Positions 17,219 through 22,723 of a DNA stretch of 22,723 bases are shown here, in pieces (position 1 is the stretch's first letter; each line of letters starts with the position of its first letter). Location of the stretch: positions 1 to 22,723 of the forward strand of contig JZWU02000025.1 in assembly GCA_000960865.2 (NCBI GenBank). The letters run 5' to 3'. The stretch comes from Vulcanisaeta sp. AZ3 (GTDB lineage Archaea; Thermoproteota; Thermoprotei; Thermoproteales; Thermocladiaceae). The notes under the pieces were generated by a model. It was not told the origin of the DNA. It did no database searches and saw nothing but the letters and a program-made list of their open reading frames with translations. Made by a program: the position numbers and the translations under genes.

Positions 17219-18109
17219 TTACGTTATTAGCTCACCGAGAACCTTAATGATTGACTTATTAATGTTTATCCCTGTGTAATTGTTTAGTATCGTATTTGAA
17301 CATGTTATTGAGGATACACCAGCATTGAGTATCTTGGAATCAGCCATGTTCAGAAGAAGGCAGTGAGTTGCCATAACATGAATCCGTGCAGCACCAAGCT
17401 CCTTCAGTATCTTTGATGCCTCTATTATTGTTCCTCCTGTGGCTATTATATCATCTATTATAAAGACCTCCTTACCCTTAACATCCAACTCCCTAGGCCT
17501 CATTGTTACCTCTCCAGTGATTCTATCACGAAACTTCTCAAAATAGCTATAAGGTACCCCACCTAAGTATTCACTGACCTTCTTAACCCTCCATAGAGAG
17601 CCTAGGTCTGGGCTTAACAATACGGCATTATTAACGCTCTTTAACCTATCTGCATATAATTCGAAGGGCTCTACATTCACACACTTAACGTTGGATACCC
17701 TGAGAGCTTCAGGTTTATGAACATCGACCGTGATTATCGATGAAACACCAAGTGATGAGAGTAAGGTTAATACTGTTAGTAGACTGATGGGTTCTCCATC
17801 TCTAAATCTCCTATCCTGTCTTGAGTACGGTAAGTAAGGCAGTACTATATGTATTTCATTAACACCTAAATCACGGGCTGCATGAACAGCAAGCATTAAT
17901 TGCATGAGCCTACTGTCTTGGTTTGGATAAGCCCTCTGGACTAGGATTAGGCCTTCATACTTCGTCAAATCAACTGGATATCTAATGTAGGACTCCCCAT
18001 CAAGGAACTGCTTTGATTCAAGAACTACGTGAGTTAGTCCTAGGGCATTAGCAACGTCACCACCCATATCTGCTGACCATTGGAATGATGCCACGAGGTA
18101 CCTTTTCAT
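17219..18109 (-). CDS. prs: Ribose-phosphate pyrophosphokinase (PRPP synthetase)
   Basis: Motifs FLDGESYIR, PYLPYSRQDRRF, TVDVH, SPDLG, IIDDIIATGGT and ATH. Start set at ATG 18109 by TATA spacing; the ORF track gives 18160. Confidence 0.95.
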   Translation of the reverse strand: MKRYLVASFQWSADMGGDVANALGLTHVVLESKQFLDGESYIRYPVDLTKYEGLILVQRAYPNQDSRLMQLMLAVHAARDLGVNEIHIVLPYLPYSRQDRRFRDGEPISLLTVLTLLSSLGVSSIITVDVHKPEALRVSNVKCVNVEPFELYADRLKSVNNAVLLSPDLGSLWRVKKVSEYLGGVPYSYFEKFRDRITGEVTMRPRELDVKGKEVFIIDDIIATGGTIIEASKILKELGAARIHVMATHCLLLNMADSKILNAGVSSITCSNTILNNYTGININKSIIKVLGELIT

Positions 18110-18149
18110 ACGTGATAATTCCTCTCGACTGTTTTTAAAGGATTTATCT

Positions 18150-18584
18150 TCATGGATCATCAGGTGGAGTTACTTCATAAAGCCTCTTACCCCTCGATGT
18201 CCTTGGTGCCAACCAATCAATAAGCCTTCTCGGATCGCTTGAATCAACAATGAACGTTATCGGTCCGAGAGGACTCTCATTCCTCTCCGTCACAAATGTT
18301 AAAATCCCAGCATATGCTGCTTGCTTATGTACGTGAAACACCACCCTATTACCATCAATACCTCTCATTAGTATCGATCTAGCACTATCCTCAATGCCTT
18401 GCTCTTTAATTAGTTCATGAATCTTCACTAACGATTTAAAGCCAGAGCCGAAGGCAACTAAATAACTCTTGTCCTCGCTCTTCTCCATCCTAATCTCATC
18501 GTAAATAAACACATTGCTTAAAGCCCTCTTAATCTTATCCTCATCCTCCGTAGGCCTAACCTCAACCCAAACCTCAACCCTCAT
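18150..18584 (-). CDS. UPF0201/DUF54 putative RNA-binding protein
   Basis: Motifs EVRPTEDEDKIKRALSN, HKQAAYAG, ESPLGPI and IDWLAPRT. Confidence 0.9.
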   Translation of the reverse strand: MRVEVWVEVRPTEDEDKIKRALSNVFIYDEIRMEKSEDKSYLVAFGSGFKSLVKIHELIKEQGIEDSARSILMRGIDGNRVVFHVHKQAAYAGILTFVTERNESPLGPITFIVDSSDPRRLIDWLAPRTSRGKRLYEVTPPDDP

Positions 18585-18774
18585 AATGTAGCACATTACA
18601 AGCCTTATTACTCCTTTTAACTGTTATTGATGTAAAATCAATCTTCTAGTCTATACGGCTTCGCATCAAGCTTATAGCCCTTACCGAAACTAAACCAGCA
18701 TAAAGACCTTAGCCATTAAGGGTAAACTCATAAAGTATTAAGCTTTAAATATTCAGCCAGAGGTGAAGGTTCGT

Positions 18775-19476
18775 ATGAAGGTACTATTTTTCGAAGTGTT
18801 GAACACCTTAATTAAGCTCAATAACTTTGAGACAGAGAGCGCTAGGTTGATTAAGGATGAACTGAATATAAGGGTCTCTCTCGATGAGTTAGCCACCCAA
18901 TTCAGAAAGGAATGGGATGAGAAGTACAACATGTTGATTAGTAAGGGCGTATATAGATCATTAAGACAATTAGCTAAGGAGACCATGATCTCATTACTCA
19001 AGAAGTACTACCTAAGCCTCAGCCCTGCTGAACTTGATTATTTCAGTAACGCCATATCCTCACTCATCGTCGAAACGTCAGAACTTTATCCCGATGTTAT
19101 TGAGACCATAGATAAATTATCACAAATGAATGTATCAATGTACATACTCACTAATCTTGATAATGACGTTGCCAAGAAAATACTACTTAGAAATAACCTA
19201 CTTAGGTATTTCAAGGGCGTTGTTAGTTCTGACTTAACAAAGGTCGGTAAGCCAGCCGTTAAGATATTCCAAGCAGCACTCAGTAGGGCTAATGTACCAC
19301 CAAGTGATGCCTTTATTGTCAGTGGTTTAGTCGAGGATATAGTTGGTGCTAAGTTCCTGGATATAAAGGTCATGTTCGTTAGGAGGATTTCTAATGTTCA
19401 ATTGCCGTTTAAACCATTCTATGAACTAGATGCATTAAGCCAACTACCGGACATATTAAGTAAGATTGGCCTTTAA
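18775..19476 (+). CDS. HAD-superfamily hydrolase homologue (haloacid dehalogenase-like, nucleophile D>E)
   Basis: Motif [14 protein letters not shown], motif II ILTN, motif III GKP..IF and motif [24 protein letters not shown] lies 24 nt upstream of ATG 18775. Confidence 0.85.
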   Translation: MKVLFFEVLNTLIKLNNFETESARLIKDELNIRVSLDELATQFRKEWDEKYNMLISKGVYRSLRQLAKETMISLLKKYYLSLSPAELDYFSNAISSLIVETSELYPDVIETIDKLSQMNVSMYILTNLDNDVAKKILLRNNLLRYFKGVVSSDLTKVGKPAVKIFQAALSRANVPPSDAFIVSGLVEDIVGAKFLDIKVMFVRRISNVQLPFKPFYELDALSQLPDILSKIGL

Positions 19477-19946
19477 TGGCCACCCTTAGCCCTAACTATC
19501 TCATGCCTCTTCTTCAGAGCCCTTTCTCTAGCCTTCTTCTTCCACTTATGAGCATGGGTCTCCCTTAACCCAACACTCATTAATCCTCTCATTCTACGAC
19601 CCGCAGGCGTTAAACCCCTAAACACCCTACCACGCTTACCCTTCACCCTAACTGCACTGGGTGATGTAGGCTCAGGAGGAGAAACCTCACCCTTAATTAC
19701 TTTATTAATCCACTCCCTAAGCCTCTGTACATTAACATCCCAAACACTACCTCTCCTAACATCAACCCTAATACCAAGCAACTTGGCCTCGGCAACCGTC
19801 AACCCAACAGCCTTAACCTCACCAATGGAATACCCCCTACTAACCCTCCACTCACTACCCAAGACACCGCCGCTACTAATTAATCTAGGCCTCTTGACCA
19901 AGGGATCCGGTGGCGGTGTAACTGGCGGACTTGTTGATTGTGACAT
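19473..19946 (-). CDS. rpl13e: 50S ribosomal protein eL13
   Basis: Motifs [27 protein letters not shown] and [16 protein letters not shown]. Start set at ATG 19946. Confidence 0.93.
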   Translation of the reverse strand: MSQSTSPPVTPPPDPLVKRPRLISSGGVLGSEWRVSRGYSIGEVKAVGLTVAEAKLLGIRVDVRRGSVWDVNVQRLREWINKVIKGEVSPPEPTSPSAVRVKGKRGRVFRGLTPAGRRMRGLMSVGLRETHAHKWKKKARERALKKRHEIVRAKGGH

Positions 19947-20032
19947 ACCATATACGTGCCAAAAATCTCTCCTTTTAAGCATTAATGCTGAGAGGAAGAC
20001 TTAATTAATGTCAAGATAATAACTGGGTTAGA

Positions 20033-20386
20033 ATGTATAGGTTATTTACGTATATGGCACTAATACGATTCATGGAGTTTATACTCATAACGCTAGACCT
20101 GGCGTACTTAGGAGCCATTAATCCGCTTAATAAGTACTTAATAGTAATACTCATGAGCGCCATTGTCTATTCACTCATTGCAATTGCAAGTTACTCCTTC
20201 ACAATTAGCATGCTAATAGTATTCACATTGGTATTAGCCATAGGCGTCGCCGACACAGCATTACTTGTCCTAGTAGTAACTACACAATTAATAATGCCAT
20301 CAATAGGCCTATACACAGTCTGTTTCATAAACGTAATACTTGACGCCTTAGTGCTTATTATAATACTTGAATTAATAAGGAGATAA
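20033..20386 (+). CDS. Hypothetical small integral membrane protein (about 4 TM)
   Basis: Almost entirely hydrophobic 117-aa ORF with a TATA-like TTAATTAA upstream. Confidence 0.65.
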   Translation: MYRLFTYMALIRFMEFILITLDLAYLGAINPLNKYLIVILMSAIVYSLIAIASYSFTISMLIVFTLVLAIGVADTALLVLVVTTQLIMPSIGLYTVCFINVILDALVLIIILELIRR

Positions 20387-20740
20387 CACTATCATTCCCA
20401 TGACAGGGTAATCACCTAATCGACCCACTATGAGTACAGTAATTAATATCTTAATATCAGTATTTGTAAGTACCCCATTATTTATCACTCTAATTGTATT
20501 ACCATGAACCTCAACATCGATTCCCTCATTTAACGGCTTTACCTCAAGTATCTTAAGTCCTATTAATGACGAGTATAATGGGACACTTAGCTCGTGGAAT
20601 GTTGAAACCTTAATCCTCTTCCTTATCAGTCTTGACACAGTCACGACTATCTTATAATCATTAACCAATGCTGTAAATACTGAAAACCCCAATATCAAGA
20701 GTAATATTGATATTACTAAATCCACAATCTCAAACGCCAT
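20372..20740 (-). CDS. Hypothetical protein with N-terminal TM helix
   Basis: Hydrophobic N-terminus followed by a beta-rich domain. It overlaps the end of the HIT gene, suggesting an operon. Confidence 0.7.
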   Translation of the reverse strand: MAFEIVDLVISILLLILGFSVFTALVNDYKIVVTVSRLIRKRIKVSTFHELSVPLYSSLIGLKILEVKPLNEGIDVEVHGNTIRVINNGVLTNTDIKILITVLIVGRLGDYPVMGMIVLSPY

Positions 20741-21125
20741 ACCTCATCACCGCGTCCTTAATTCTACTCACGGAATCCCTAACAGTCTCTGGAACAACTT
20801 TAACATCATAGAAAAGTGTTATGAAACTTACATCGCCATTCCATCGTGGAACAACTTGAATATAAATATGTGGCTTTAATGATACGCCTATGTTAAACCC
20901 ATGCGGATTATAGACCCTCTGTAGTATCGCTGTGAACCTTCTCGCCAGGTCTAAAAGTTCGGTGAGTAATGATTGATCAATTTCATTAATTGATAAATGC
21001 TCAACTGGAGCTATTATTAAATGCCCATTATTAAATGGACGAGGATTATGTAGAACTACTGTCTTCCTATTCTTCATTATTATTAATTCCTCATGACTCA
21101 TAAGCTCACATATTTCACACTCCAT
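20730..21125 (-). CDS. HIT-family protein with degenerate histidine triad
   Basis: N-terminal CxxC, NPRPFNNGHLIIAP..H, PHGFNIG and VVPRWNGD. The triad reads H-I-Y-I-Q. Confidence 0.88.
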   Translation of the reverse strand: MECEICELMSHEELIIMKNRKTVVLHNPRPFNNGHLIIAPVEHLSINEIDQSLLTELLDLARRFTAILQRVYNPHGFNIGVSLKPHIYIQVVPRWNGDVSFITLFYDVKVVPETVRDSVSRIKDAVMRYGV

Positions 21126-21171
21126 CGAAGCTTAGGAATGAGCTGTGTTAATTAATTTAAGGTTTTGGGTT

Positions 21172-22182
21172 TTACTTTATTGGAATTTTTATGTTCAACT
21201 CCCTAGCCAATTCCTTATATCTATTCCTAACCGTAACCTCAGTAACCTGAGCTGCAATAGCAACCTCCTTCTGCGTCCTAACCTCACCCCTGAGGAGCGA
21301 AGCTATGTACACAGCAGCAGCTGCCAAACCAGCTGGATCCTTACCTGCTGTTAAACCCCTCTTTCTGGCCTGATCAAGCAATGCAAGTGCCTCCTTAATT
21401 ATTTCACCACTTAACTTTAACTGCTCAACAATTCTAGGAACGTACTGCTTAGGATCACTAAGTGGCAACTTAACACCCAACTCTCTAGCTATTAACCTAA
21501 AGCACCTTGCAACCTCCTTCCTACTAGCCCTAGTATACTGGCCAATCTCATCAAGGCTCCTCGGCATACCTATCTTTCTACAAGCCATGTGTAGGCAAGC
21601 AGCCACTATGGCCTCAACACTCCTACCCCTAACAAGTCCTTTGGTTAGGACTTCTTCGTAAATCCCCATAGCCTCATCGACACAGGCCTTGGGTATACCT
21701 AGTTGAGATGAAATCCTGCTTAACTCATTCATTGCTTGTATGACATTACGCTCATAACTAGTCTGAACCCTAACTCTCTGTTGCCACTTCCGGTATTTCA
21801 GTATCTCGAGCTTCCTTTTAATATCAAGCTCTTTACCGCTAGCATCCTTCATGGCCCAGTCGATGGTTGTCGTTAAGGCCTCACTGGTCAACCTATTCAG
21901 AGGCCCTCCAGCCCTGGCCCGAGCATCTCTTTCCTCAGCCGTGAATGCTCTCCATTCCGGTCTTAGGTCAATTACATGTTCTAGAACAACAGAACCACAC
22001 TTAGCACATATTACTTGACCATTCTCATAATCAAATATGAAAGTTGTGGATCCACAGTATGGACAAACAAGCTTCTCCTCACCCTCAGATTTAAACTTTA
22101 CAATTTTCTCAGATACCTTTAATTTATCAAGCACACTAGTCTTATTCTCCGAACCCGTCTCTTCTGGATTAGAGTTAGGCAT
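21172..22182 (-). CDS. tfb: Transcription initiation factor IIB (TFB)
   Basis: Zn ribbon CPYC...CAKC, B-reader PEWRAF, cyclin repeats GLVRGRS and GKDPAGLAAAAVYIAS, and HTH VTEVTVRNRYKEL. Confidence 0.98.
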   Translation of the reverse strand: MPNSNPEETGSENKTSVLDKLKVSEKIVKFKSEGEEKLVCPYCGSTTFIFDYENGQVICAKCGSVVLEHVIDLRPEWRAFTAEERDARARAGGPLNRLTSEALTTTIDWAMKDASGKELDIKRKLEILKYRKWQQRVRVQTSYERNVIQAMNELSRISSQLGIPKACVDEAMGIYEEVLTKGLVRGRSVEAIVAACLHMACRKIGMPRSLDEIGQYTRASRKEVARCFRLIARELGVKLPLSDPKQYVPRIVEQLKLSGEIIKEALALLDQARKRGLTAGKDPAGLAAAAVYIASLLRGEVRTQKEVAIAAQVTEVTVRNRYKELARELNIKIPIK

Positions 22183-22250
22183 AAATATCCCCTATTAAAG
22201 CTTTTCGTGTATTACTTAATTATTTATAAACCTTTCTCTTCGTAGAACCA

Positions 22251-22723
22251 TTAACGAGCTTCACGAAGAAGCCTCCTCAGGGAAGCTAGTAATCCATAAA
22301 CCTGTAACTCACCACTTGAACCCCTTAATAATCTATAATGATAATCACTAACTATATAGACAGCCCTCGGCTTTAACTCCTCAGGTACCTTTAACTGAGA
22401 TGTGGATGACGCAACTTCCCTATGAATTATCTTCACTATGTCAAGAGGGTCCGCGCCTTCATCCCTAATCAACGTCATAACCTCCTTAACGGCCTTTCCG
22501 AAATCGCCAATTACGGCCTCAGCAACAATAGCTCTAATCCTCGTTGGACTAACCTTACCCAACGCCCTATAAATAGCCTCCTCATCAACAATACCACCAA
22601 GGCTGGCCGCTGCTTGTAGTGTGTTTATTGCTTTTCTCATGTCTCCTTGGCTTATGTCCCATATTGCTTCGAGGCCTTCGTCAATTATTTTAACACCCTC
22701 CTTTGAGGCAATCTCTCTCAACC
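22251..22723 (-). CDS. rfcS: Replication factor C small subunit, 3' part (start is outside the window)
   Basis: IASKEGV, GDMRKAINTLQAAA, and collar-domain YRLLRGSSGELQ. Confidence 0.92.
   Translation of the reverse strand, partial: LREIASKEGVKIIDEGLEAIWDISQGDMRKAINTLQAAASLGGIVDEEAIYRALGKVSPTRIRAIVAEAVIGDFGKAVKEVMTLIRDEGADPLDIVKIIHREVASSTSQLKVPEELKPRAVYIVSDYHYRLLRGSSGELQVYGLLASLRRLLREAR

Noticed and set aside
18600-18750. Intergenic stems (CCCTTA/TAAGGG at 18678-18722 and TTGATG/CATCAA) as a possible small RNA
   Set aside because: The stems are short and AT-rich with no convincing C/D, K-turn or ACA motifs. The region is adequately explained by divergent promoters.
1-22723. CRISPR arrays, tRNA or rRNA genes, integrases or transposases
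   Set aside because: No regularly spaced repeats, cloverleaf or T-loop genes, or recombinase motifs were seen. The only GC-rich structured island is the SRP RNA.

Overview
This is a gene-dense, moderately AT-rich archaeal chromosomal segment. Gene content, heavy AGG/ATA codon use and TATA boxes about 22-25 nt before start codons point to Thermoproteaceae, probably Vulcanisaeta-like; that assignment is an inference. Housekeeping genes include a partial Lhr-type helicase, RdgB, a protein disulfide oxidoreductase, a rearranged ribosomal block (rps5-rpl30-rpl15-secY-small ORF-SPOUT methyltransferase-rpl3-rpl4-rpl23), PRPP synthetase, a UPF0201 protein, rpl13e, TFB and a partial RFC small subunit. 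Two RNA genes are not in the ORF track: a canonical box C/D guide sRNA (about 3783-3840) and the SRP RNA (12040-12362), whose Alu domain appears to carry an extra helix. A non-archaellar type IV pilus locus spans 12374-17185. It has an assembly ATPase, two pilin-like genes, a basic orphan protein, a RING-like C7D zinc-finger microprotein and a TadC-like platform gene split by a 1-nt frameshift. Other items of interest are two microproteins absent from the ORF track (837-1016, 6943-7059), an orphan with a histone-H1-like tail, and HAD and HIT homologues with substituted catalytic residues. No CRISPR array, tRNA, rRNA or intact mobile element was seen.
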